This document shows positions 47,923 through 58,239 of a stretch of DNA of 64,000 nt, piece by piece. Source of the stretch: Vitrella brassicaformis CCMP3155 (lineage: Eukaryota; Protista; Chromerida); the NCBI GenBank assembly GCA_001179505.1, contig CDMY01000013.1, forward strand, positions 124,001 to 188,000, given 5' to 3'. The notes beneath the pieces are model-generated. The model did no database searches. It was not told the DNA's origin and saw nothing but the letters and a program-made list of their open reading frames with translations. Position 1 is the first letter of the stretch; the number at the start of each line of letters is the position of its first letter. A program made the translations under genes and the position numbers.

Positions 47923-49239
47923 TGATGGAAATGCTACGTGGGGAGTGGTGGGAGGGGGAGCGGTGAGCGTGTAAGCTACGTAAGGTCCCTTGTGCCGGGA
48001 CAGTACTGAGAGGGGCGGGGAGGGGAGGGGCGGCGCTGGGCAGAGAGGAGATGAGGGTTGGGGTGCCATGCCGTGACTGCAGTGTCGTGAGCGAGGTTTG
48101 AATGAATGGAGGCACGGCTCGAGTTGTCATTCTGATTTGATTTATACGTCTCGCCGCTGGCTGGCACTGGTGTCTCGGGTCTTTGCCGTCTTGCGTCTGA
48201 AGGTCAAGGATGCTCCCGTTGTTTCCGGTGGGTGTCATTTTCCTTTGGACGGGCGACTGGAAAGGCCAGAGGCATCCAGTGCATCGCAACGCGGCTACAG
48301 AATGCAAATTCGCTACTTGCCTGAGGGAACGTAATTGTCTGAGCATGAAGACAATGACAACACACAGCACGGCCTGACCTGTGTAGGTCCAAGGGCGTGG
48401 CGTAGCGACTGAGAATAATGCGTGTCCGTGACTCTGCGTGTGTCCGTGTGCATGTGTCTGCGGTGCGGTTGGCTGTCTGGGTGGGGCTTTCGGTGGCTGG
48501 GTGGCTGCGGGATGGTATGGTAATGCATGTATGTGTTGACATTGATGTGTCTCGTCGGTCGTGATGGGACACTGACTGACTGCAAATGGGAGAGAAAGAA
48601 AGCTGCGGCTTTTTAGCGTTAAGACAAGGCCGGCGGACACTCGGGCAGACGCGGGCAAGCGCCGGCAACGCGACATACACACACCACACACCTAGGCAAT
48701 TTGCACCCTGCTCGTGGTGATACGTTCGGTGTTGGGGGGTCGATCTTTGTCTGTGAGAGTGCATTGGGGAACTGAGACCGCAGAGAGAGAGAGAGAGAGA
48801 GAGCGGGAGAGCGAGCAGCAGGGTGCACAAAGGGATGCGCGAGGGGGAAGAGACCAACAGGTATTTCTTGTGCTTGGTTGTCCCTTGTTGAAACTCTTGA
48901 AACCGGCAGACAGACATGAATGAAGTCCATTGTTGTTCTGAATCACACGCACCCATGCACGAACCAACCATGGATGCAGTCCCACGCACAGAGAGAGAGG
49001 CAGCCCGGCCCGCCCACCGCACCGCCACAAATCATACCATCACACCCTATCAAGTGGGTGGGAGTGACTCACTCACGCCCCTTGCTACGATCGATTCATC
49101 CCTCTACGTGCTAACTATCTGTCCACCTCTCTCTCACACCGCAGCGACACACCGGCCGACCAGCCCCATGTGTGTGACCGGCACATCACACACATGACGC
49201 CACACGGCAAGCAGATGGCCGTGCCGACAAACCAACCCA

Positions 49240-49384
49240 CTACCTGCTCATCGACAACAACTACCTACTCATCGACAACTCCAACCTACTGATCAGAAAA
49301 CCAACCAAATACCTACTCATCGACAACAACTCCCTCCTACTCATCGACAACAACTACCTACTCATCGACAACAACTACCTACTG
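49240..49384. repeat. Minisatellite, ~21-nt unit CTACCTACTCATCGACAACAA, 5 imperfect copies
   Basis: Core CTACTCATCGACAAC, or a one-base variant, recurs five times directly 3' of the stop of paralogue A. Confidence 0.9.
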
Positions 49385-50459
49385 AGGGTGCCCCATGTTG
49401 GCCTCCACCTCCCTCACCGTGTCTGACAGCCCCAGCCGCCCCAGCTGACACCGCCGCCGATGTGTGTGGCACACCTCGATGGCATGCTCGATGAGGTCAT
49501 CGTCCGGGCCAGCACGTGGTTCAGCTGGTTGTTGCTGAAGTCCAGGGGGTGGGCAGGCACTGTCAGTGGGGTTGGGGAGGGGGATGTGGCGGCGGAGGCC
49601 GAACAGGAAGCACTGCAGCCCTATGCAGAGACGGGGGTGCGTGAACAGGTAGGCCACATCGACCACCTGCTGGTTGTGCTGCCCCGGTGCTGGCAGCCGT
49701 TGATGATCTGGTGCATCAGCTGCTGGTACCCAGCCATAGCCGTCGACTTGGCTATCTTGTGGTGGGCCAGCTGCTGGCGTGTTTGGGCGTTTGGCTGCGG
49801 TGGGTAGGCCGCCACAGCACCCGGTGCAGCACGCACCCCGTTCTGCGCTATGTGGCTCAGCTGCCAGTGCATTCCTGGTTGGTACACACAACATACACAG
49901 CGCACACAAAATACAAACAGAGACCAGTGCCTTGCCTTGCCTTGTCTTTTGTGTGTGTACCTTATCGCTTCGGTATGAGCACATCCGGGCCGCCCACCAT
50001 GCCCACCCACCAGCGACCCGCAGCTCTGTACAGGTCCATGTTGCCGGTAGGCAGGATGATGGGCTGGCCCAGCGACGCGCGGATCTGGAGGGCGATCGGC
50101 ACGGCTACGCACCTAAACCACACATACAGACGGACCCGCATACAGACGGACCCGCAGCTCGAGGCAGGGCTGCGGGGTCCATATCGTCACCAACTCCCGT
50201 ATGAAGATCCATCTGCAGACAGGCAGGAATGGGAGACACACCAGACACACCCATCATGCCATGCATTCACACACGTATGGATGTGTGGAGGCATCTGCTC
50301 ACTCGTAGTTGTAGTCGGCGCGTGTGTGGATGACGTCACCCGTGAAGTTAAGATAGTCTATGATATGCGGCAGGTAGTAGTCCAGACGGAGGGTCTGCAG
50401 GGACCAAGAGACACAACAAACACATCCATTACGCGTCGATGGCTGCACGTACTCGTCTG
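49379..50459 (-). pseudogene. Paralogue A: 3' half of an uncharacterised gene, disrupted
   Basis: Exons TLRLDYYLPHIIDYLNFTGDVIHTCADYNYE, WIFIRELVTIW, ...VVDVAYLFTHPRLCIGLQCFLFG...DDDLIEHAIEVCH. Relative to A' it has a 16-nt tandem duplication (50124-50155), a 118-nt deletion and a 28-nt deletion. Confidence 0.75.
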
Positions 50460-50544
50460 TGCATATTGGATGGATGGATGCACTGCTATCTGCTCATTCA
50501 CAACTTATCACGTGTGTGTTGCTGTAATGGTGGCGGGCTGAGAA

Positions 50545-51180
50545 ATGAATGACCCACCCATAATACTCCCTATGGTCCCGGAACCGCAGCCCCGCCATCG
50601 TATAGCCCGTCCTCACCGCGATGGCGTTTTTGGGGACGGGCATGGTGCCAGGGTGGAGTTGGTGCCGCAACTCCACCCTGTTGGCTATTCGGAAGCCATC
50701 TGAGGGCGGCATGGCGCCTCAGCACTCCTGCCGGCGGCTTCGGACCGGCGGATGTTGGTTTTCTGTGAGGGAGGGGCGAGGGGGACGGGGGAGTGGGAAT
50801 ACGGGGATGCGCGGGCGTCAGCTGGACGCAAAATTCGTCAGACCAGGCGAAGATTACGCTGATTTGACGAGGATGGCGAATGCGGGGCCTCAGACACTGC
50901 CAGTCCTCCTGCCTGACCGCCATCTCCAGCACCTCCTGCAGCGTCAACCCCCTTTCCCGCTCCGCACAATGGCCGGCAACGAATCCAAAGCGCATCTTAA
51001 ACACATCACGCTCCCTGGCGGCTGCTGCGGTGGTCCTCTCGAGGGCTGTCGTGATGAAGAGGCGGATGATCTGGCTGATGGGTGCCGGAGAGGGGCGAGC
51101 AGGTAGGGCGGAATGGCGTTGCACATGTAGCCGGCGATTTCCATCTTGATCTCCCTCAGAATCCCGTCGTCGGTGGCCGC
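50545..51180 (-). pseudogene. Degraded coding fragment of a different lineage-specific family, upstream of A
   Basis: Protein-like blocks in shifting frames (ILREIKMEIAGYMCNAIPPYLL / ISQIIRLFITTALER...LTLQEVLEMAVRQEDWQCLRP / FRIANRVELRHQL...LRFRDHREYY). No counterpart is visible in A'. Confidence 0.4.
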
Positions 51181-51367
51181 ACGGATGGACCAAAGTGGCC
51201 GCAGGGTCAGAGAGCGGAGCCAGGGGGGGGGGGGTTGGAGAGAGTTTACAAGGAATGCCTTTTGACGCGCGGCTGCCTTTTTTGCACAAAAAGAAATGAG
51301 TGGAGTCGCACCGAAACGGCCGAGAACGGCGGCGGTGCGGGGCGATAGTTTTGGCGAGGAGGCGGGG

Positions 51368-53992
51368 ATGGATGCTGGCCAGACGACGTCTGGTCAGGTG
51401 GAGAGTGCATCGCACAGCGTCGATGTCGGCGCCTTTGCTCAGCGCTTCAGCCAGATCGTACGATGAAAGATGCACTCACGTCAAAGCTCCCCACAAGCAC
51501 ACTCGTATGCATCATTGCCTTGTTGTGTGTGTTGTTCGTGCAGCCTGTCATCATTGGTTGTGTGTTCTCATTCCTGTCGCTCCATTTGGTGGCGGCGCTG
51601 CCCCAGCGGCTCTGGCGGCACGTCTGCGCACAGATCACCCATTTGGTGATGGACACCTACAACACGGCCGAGTGACCAGCGGCCGAGCGGCGCTTCTGGT
51701 GCGGCCTGTCGTTCAGCGATGCCTTCGAGTGGGGCCGGCGGCTGACGCAGCTCAAATCCGTCGTCGCCCGATACCCCATTTCCGGAAATTTGTATGACTA
51801 CGGAAAGGGGCTGCAGCGTGCGGTGAACGACAAAGTGACGGCAGTGGTGGAGGGGCATGCAGAGGGACGCAGGGCGGCGCAGGCCGGGGGAGGCACACTC
51901 GAGTCCATCGAATTCGACGGCTTTTACCTACGATTAGAGACTTCGATGGGAGAAGATGGTACGTCCATGAGAAGAGAACGACTAGAGATGTCTGTACACA
52001 TTTGCGTGAATGGACATTCAGGTGATGTTTATCAAGATGATTTCGTACGAGACATCGACACGGACGAGGCCAGAGAAGTGGCAGCCATTGCAGAGAACCC
52101 ACCCACCCTCCCCCCTCCCCTCGACNNNNNNNNNNNNNNNNNNNNNNNNNNNNNNNNNNNNNNNNNNNNNNNNNNNNNNNNNNNNNNNNNNNNNNNNNNN
52201 NNNNNNNNNNNNNNNNNNNNNNNNNNNNNNNNNNNNNNNNNNNNNNNNNNNNNNNNNNNNNNNNNNNNNNNNNNNNNNNNNNNNNNNNNNNNNNNNNNNN
52301 NNNNNNNNNNNNNNNNNNNNNNNNNNNNNNNNNNNNNNNNNNNNNNNNNNNNNNNNNNNNNNNNNNNNNNNNNNNNNNNNNNNNNNNNNNNNNNNNNNNN
52401 NNNNNNNNNNNNNNNNNNNNNNNNNCCTCCCCTCGACCCTCCCCCCACCCTCTCATCCCTCACATCCATCAGCGGCCTCGAGAGCCAGCGTTTCCTTCGC
52501 CATGATAGACTCTGGCAGCTGCCGTCACTCGGCACGGTGCAGGCGACCGACGATCACTTCGACTCTGCCGAGGTGTTGGGGCGTCTCGTGCGGACGGCAC
52601 AGTACCTGAAGGGCCTCGACATGGAGATACGGCCCGACATCCTGGCTGAGTCGTTGACGGCCATCCCCGTGACAGCAGGAGGTGGGCAGCCCGGCCCCCT
52701 CTCACAGCTGGAGCTCGTCGGCACACTCGGCGTCTTGGGGCGGTCAGATCAGATCAGTATCAACCAATGGCGCAACGGACTCGAGCGGCTACAGGTAGGT
52801 GCACACAACACACACACGTCGGGGTGAGTGGTGCACCGTACCGTCGGTGTCATTCCTCTCAGGCCGTGCTTGTTGAGCGTGGGTGTCATTCCATCAAGCA
52901 GCTCGATGTGGACTTCATCGATGGACCCGTTGACGAGGACATCTTCGCGGCGCTGTCGGTCATGGAGGCCTTCACACGCACCGTGTGTGTCAAGCCCGAC
53001 ATCCCCGTCAGCATCAATGTCTACGACGCGATGTCGGAGCGGGCCGTCCCGATCTTCGACCTCTCTCTCCTGTGTGAGGTCCCCACCCGCCCCGCCCCCT
53101 CCTTCTTCGTGCAGAAGCACATCCAGCAGCTGGCCGCCGACACACCGACGGCATGCTTCGTCATCGCCCCCCACCACTTCACCACCCCCCTCGACACACC
53201 CAGCCCATCTGCCGTGGCCCTCGCCCGATGCATGACCTTCCTCAAGGCAGACCAAGTGGAGGTCTTCGAGCAGGGGCGCTTCTTGGGGGCCCAGTGGGAG
53301 CCTGACGCTGACGCCGAGCCGCCCAACCCCACGGTGATCGACCAGCTTCCCGCCAGCGCATTTCCCACCGCATCGCGCCTCTACATCTACAGCACTAAGG
53401 GGTATGCGATCGGCAAAAAGCTGGCGTCGAAGATGCCGGCGGTCAGAGATATCGAGCTGTATGAGACGATGGAGGCGGATGCGGTGGGCGTGCTGGAGGC
53501 AGTGGGCGGCGGCGGCAGCCCGATGCGGTGTGAGATCAGGCACATGACGGCTGTGAGTGAGGAGGGGCTTCGGTGGGGAGACAAGGCGGACGAGCTGCCG
53601 AGCATCGAGCAGCAGCATGTTTGCGTGGAGGGTAAATTCCAGAGAATGTCTATCATCTCGGCTTGCTGTCCTCGCTGAACGTCGCTGTGTGTGTGTGTGT
53701 GTGTGTGTGTGCAGTGCCCGAGGATTTGGGCCATGGTGATGCCGCCGGCGAGTTCGGCGTTTCGTGTGTGTCGTCGCTGCTCAAGATCCGCGGCATCGAA
53801 GAGCTCAAGCTCCGGCTGGAGCCTCCGGCTGCCTTCCAATCCTTCAAGCGGCTGGTGAGGGAGCGGAGACACGGCGACACCATCGAGGGCCTTCCTGGAC
53901 GCTTCGACAGTATCGGGTGGACGACACACATGGGAATTCATATCTGGCGACCTGTTGGGGCATGCTTTCTGCTGAAGCCAAAGTCCATCTAG
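51368..53992 (+). pseudogene. Paralogue B of a lineage-expanded uncharacterised family (~650 aa if intact), with an in-frame stop
   Basis: MDAGQTTSGQVESASHSVDVGAFAQRFSQ-PVIIGCVFSFLSLHLVAALPQRLWRHV... through ...GDAAGEFGVSCVSSLLKIRGI...KPKSI*. Four exons at the same positions as in B'. TGA at 51673-51675 lies within a 15-nt insertion. Confidence 0.8.
52126..52425. other. Assembly gap (300 N), probably spurious
   Basis: The 12 nt before the gap (CCTCCCCTCGAC) equal the 12 nt after it. Confidence 0.95.
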
Positions 53993-54606
53993 GTACGGGG
54001 CACCCTGAGACCTTTGTGTGGCGCCGCGTCATGTCATTTCCTGTGCGTCGACAGATTGCGTCCGTCGTATCGATGAGTGAGAGTCGCCCGTCCATCCGAT
54101 GGTGAAGATTGATGACAGACAGATGACTATCGAACAGTGACCACAGACCGACAGACCGACCCCATTCATGTGTGCATCTGTGTGCGTATGCATACCGCAT
54201 CAATCCATTGCATGTGTGTGCAAGAAATGAATTCACTGCAAGCACGGCCATCAATGTCACTGCTAAATCAGTCTTTGCCCGCCCAGCCAGCATCCATCGT
54301 CTGTCGTCACCTCAATGCACCAAAGTCGGAGACACGTAGGCAACGATTGTCAGCCATGCAACGGGAGAGGCGACACAACCGACGAATATAAAATGTAAGT
54401 AGTGATCTTTCCTTAACAGCCGATTGCGTCGAGGAGAAATGCACCCTCGCCGCGTGTCTGATCGCACACACCACAGACAAAACAATGGATGTACCTTCAC
54501 GCAGTGACGTGTCAGGCCCCCTCCATCTCTCTCTCTCTCTCTCTGTGTATGTGTGTGTGTGTGCATATGTATGTGTGGTATGTCATAGCGTCAATACAGT
54601 AGATAT

Positions 54607-54660
54607 CGACTGTTGGAGACGTGTCTAATACTCCAACAGTCGGTCGTCATGGCCGACGAC
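54607..54660. repeat. Two adjacent inverted repeats (12-bp and 6-bp stems)
   Basis: CGACTGTTGGAG-N12-CTCCAACAGTCG, then GTCGTC-N6-GACGAC. Confidence 0.85.
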
Positions 54661-55403
54661 GGTTGGCTCCCCCCCCCTCTCTCTCTCTCTGGAGGAATGG
54701 CTGAGATCGGTCGCTTTCTCCTCTGTGTGTAGTCCACAATGTGTGTGTACCGGCCTGTCTGCCTGGCTGTGTTGATGGACTGACTGACGGACGTGTGTGT
54801 GTGAGCATTGATTGCATCGTATTGCTCATGTCCGTGTGGTGAATATATAGTGCACATCGACTCGATGCACAGAAATGAATCCACATGCAGTCACTCACTC
54901 AAAACTCCATCACTCTCTCTTCAAGCCAGACAACACCACCCTCCGATTCATCAACACCGATATAGACACGGCAGCCGTTGTCCGCGAGCCGTCAACTTTT
55001 CCGAATCATCAGACGGCCAGGCAGGCAGCGAGAGAGAGAGACAGACATATATTATATATAAGCACACAGGCTCAATTCCAGCCGGCCATGCAATTAAGGA
55101 GCCGTTCACATTTCTACGCAGCCCTCATCCAGAGAGGCAGACAGACACGTGTGCACAGCCACGGGGGGGCCGTCATGTCATGTAGCTGTCTATCAAGACC
55201 CATTCACTGCTGCCGTCTCCACACATGACAGCAGCCCTCCATGATCGTGGCACGGCACCCATCCCTCCCTCTCTCCCTCTCTCTGCAACTCATTCTACAC
55301 ATCAGCTATTGATGGGCCGACCTGACATACAAACATGATACCAACACTGCAGGACATCACATCGACGCAGGATAGCCATACCGTACCTGTTGGTAATCTT
55401 CTG

Positions 55404-57579
55404 TCAGGCGTCAAGCCGCTGGAGAGTGAGTTCATCATCATCATATTCCCCCGTCCAGCTAATGTCAAACCGGCCCTCAATCCCCTCGATCGTGTCACCG
55501 TGTGTCCGCTCCTCCACCAACCGCTGGAAGGCGTCGCTGGGCACCGGCTCGAAGGTAAGCTTCTTGATGCCGCGGATCTTGAGCAGCGACTTGACACACG
55601 CGATGCCGAACTCGCCGGCGGCATCGCCATCACGCAGATCCTCAGGCACTGCACACAGACAAAGGGGCAGCAGTCACCACAACGGTCAGCAGGCTGGTCC
55701 AAGCGATTATTTGCAGCTCACCTTCTACACTAATACGCAGTTCTGAAATGGCCGGCAGCCGCCACGTCCCCCCACGTGAGACCCCCTTCACCCACACCCT
55801 TCTCGTAGCCGGCATGGAAGGACTCCAACTCCCTCTCCCCACCCAATGCCTGCAGCACCGCCACCGCTTGCTCTGTCGGCCCCCACAGCTTGATCCTCTT
55901 CAAGACGGGCATCTTAGTCACTAGCCTGCGGCCAATCTCGAGCCCCTTGCTGCTGTCGACGAACAGCAACGATGCAGCCGGGAATGCGTTGGGGGGCATG
56001 CTGTCGAACACAACTGGGTCGGGCTGGTCTGCATCGGGATTGGGCTCACACCCCTCCATGTCCTTGACGACCACACTCTCCGCTCTGGAGAATGTCAGGC
56101 ACTGTGCGAGGGACCGGCCAGCGGGGCTGGGCGTGTCGAGAGGGCCGGGGATGGTGAGATAGTGGGCGCGGACGATGAAGCAGACACTATGTGATGCGGC
56201 GGCCAGCTGCTGGAGGCGGTTCTGCACGAAGGGGGAGGGGGCGGGGCGGGTGGGGACCTTACACAGGAGGCCAAGGTCGAAGCCGTCGTCGTCCTCAAAT
56301 TCACTGACGACGAGGATGTCGACGGGGATGTCGGGCCTCACACACACGGTGCGGGTCAAGGCCTCGATGGCCGACAGGGTCTTGAAGATGCGGCTGTCGA
56401 TGCAGGAACCGATGTCGATGCAGGACTCCTCGATCTTGATGCTGAGCTTCTTGATGGAGCGGCAGCCACGGTCGACAAGTACGGCCTGCACACAGACACA
56501 CGCACATCACAAGCAAGCTCTCGCCCACCCTCTCTGGCCTTGTGTATCTTGTGTGCCTCGTCGCATACCTGAAGGCGCTGCAGACCCGCAGCGCGTATTT
56601 TCGGCATGGTGAGGGTGCCGATGTCCTCCAGCTGCGACAGCAGCCCCGGCTGGCCCGCAGCTGCTGTGGGGATCTGCGCCAGCGACTCAGCCATGGCGTC
56701 AGGGTGGCAGTCCACGTGCAGCTCCTTGAGGCGCCGTGCCGTGGCCACCAGCCCCCCCAACGTCTCCCGCCCCACCATCCCGACTATATGCAGCCTCTCC
56801 AGTGACGGCAGCCGCCAGTGCCGCCCGCCGCCGGGATAAGAGAGCCGATATCGCCTGATGGTCATGGATGTGAGGGCTGTGAGGGTGGGGGGCGGGTTGA
56901 GGGGAGGGGGGAATGACGCCGGCCGCTGCTCAGCAGCCATGATCATTTGATCCTCCTCCTCGTCAACGTGAATTCTCGATCCGCTCTTGCTGTACTCGAT
57001 CGACTCCAACGTGCTCCCCGCCTGCTGCCCGGTTGCTGTGGCCGCAGCGGCTCTCCGCCCCATGCTTTGCCCTCCACCAATGCCGTGAGGATCTTCTCAC
57101 CTATCCGCTCTAAATATCCATAGTGAGTGTATCCCAAGTTTGAGCGGAAGCCAGAGGGACACCGGACGACGATGGACTCGAGCCCCGTGAGCCGCCGGCC
57201 CCACTCGAAGGCGTCATTGAACGACAGGCCCCACCAGAAGCGCCGCTCCGCCGTGTCGTGGGTGTCCATCACCAGCCGTGTGATCTGGGAGCCGACGTGG
57301 CGCCACAGCCGCTGGGGCAGCGCTGCCACCAAATGGAGCGACAGGAATGAGAAGACGTAGGCAACGACAGCAGGCTGAGTGGACAACCACACACCACACA
57401 GACACACACAGCGGACATAATGAAGATCTGTGTGCTTGTCAGTGGTGTGTTTTGGTGCATCTTACGACTTGGCCGAAGCGCTGTGCGAAGGCCTCCAAAT
57501 CTATGCTGTGCGATGGCGTGGCCTGCTGCTGCTGCTGCTGCTGCTGATGCTGTTGCTGCGGGTTGTCGGTGTCCATCAT
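55404..57579 (-). pseudogene. Paralogue B' (same family as B) with N-terminal polyQ and two apparent frameshifts
   Basis: MMDTDNPQQQHQQQQQQQQATPSHSIDLEAFAQRFGQ-PAVVAYVFSFLSLHLVAALPQRLWRH... Frame changes at ~57065 (VEGKA/ versus VEGHAEGRRAA in B) and ~55760 (WGDVA/LPAISELRI). Last exon ...GDAAGEFGIACVKSLLKIRGI...LQRLDA*. Confidence 0.78.
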
Positions 57580-58239
57580 CGTGCCGTCTAACTGATCCTC
57601 CTCTCTCCGCCGCCCGCCTCTTTCGCTTCGGTGCCGACTCACTTACCAATTGTCACCAATGAATCAGTGACCATAGATTTTGCGATCTCAAGCGCCCCAA
57701 ACGAGGGGCAGGGGCGTCTCAGACGCCCTGCGGAACAACAGCGCTGATGCGATACTCTGGACTCATCACCTCTTGGAGTATTGTCGAGATTTTGCTTTTC
57801 TCGCGGAGACGGGTCGCGACGAGGTGGCGATTCGGAACAAAAAGCGTAGCGGCTCACTCCCGCGGGTTTTGCCGAGTTTTCTTCGCCTTCGGCACGCCTA
57901 TACACGCCAAGATGCCCATGAGGAGGACCTTCCGGCAGCCGGCGGCAGGTCTGCGCACCCGTAAGGGTTGATTATGATTTTGGATGTCTTCGCCCTTCAT
58001 TCTCTTTGTGTGGCAGACTCCCGCCGCTATTCGCGACGAGAAGGCGGATGAGTGGAGCCGGCCTCTTGAAGCGGCTCTCCTGCGATGACGGTGCGACATT
58101 TGAGGGAAATCATCGATCCTCTGCACATTCCGTTCGGCCGCGTGGTGAGGTGCGCACGTCACCGTGCCGTGTAGTTATTCATGTCCATCCCCGTGTGTAT
58201 GTAGCCCTCTATCCGAAGGAGCCACCTGCAACACCAACC

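Larger units (their letters stand above)
48990..50459 (-). repeat. Inverted segmental duplication, copy 1 (partner 59718-61986)
   Basis: The reverse complement aligns by eye at high identity to 59718-61986, covering exons, introns and 3' flank (e.g. gtcatgtgtgtgatgtgccggtcacacacatg; cacccacttgatagggtgtgatgg). Confidence 0.92.

Noticed and set aside
48000-48990. Possible small minus-strand gene (ORF 48204-49028)
   Set aside because: The translation is dominated by repeat-derived sequence and I could not build a consistent exon chain; likely UTR or intergenic.
49240-49384. Repeat with irregular spacers resembling a CRISPR array
   Set aside because: Units are mostly head-to-tail with no unique ~30-nt spacers, there are no cas genes, the context is eukaryotic, and the paralogous locus has one unit.
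51673-51675. In-frame TGA as selenocysteine or programmed readthrough
   Set aside because: It lies in a duplication-flanked insertion absent from the paralogue, does not align to a Cys, and no SECIS was recognised.
54607-54660. Helitron 3' terminus
   Set aside because: No CTRR end at the expected distance on either strand, and no Rep/helicase remnants nearby.
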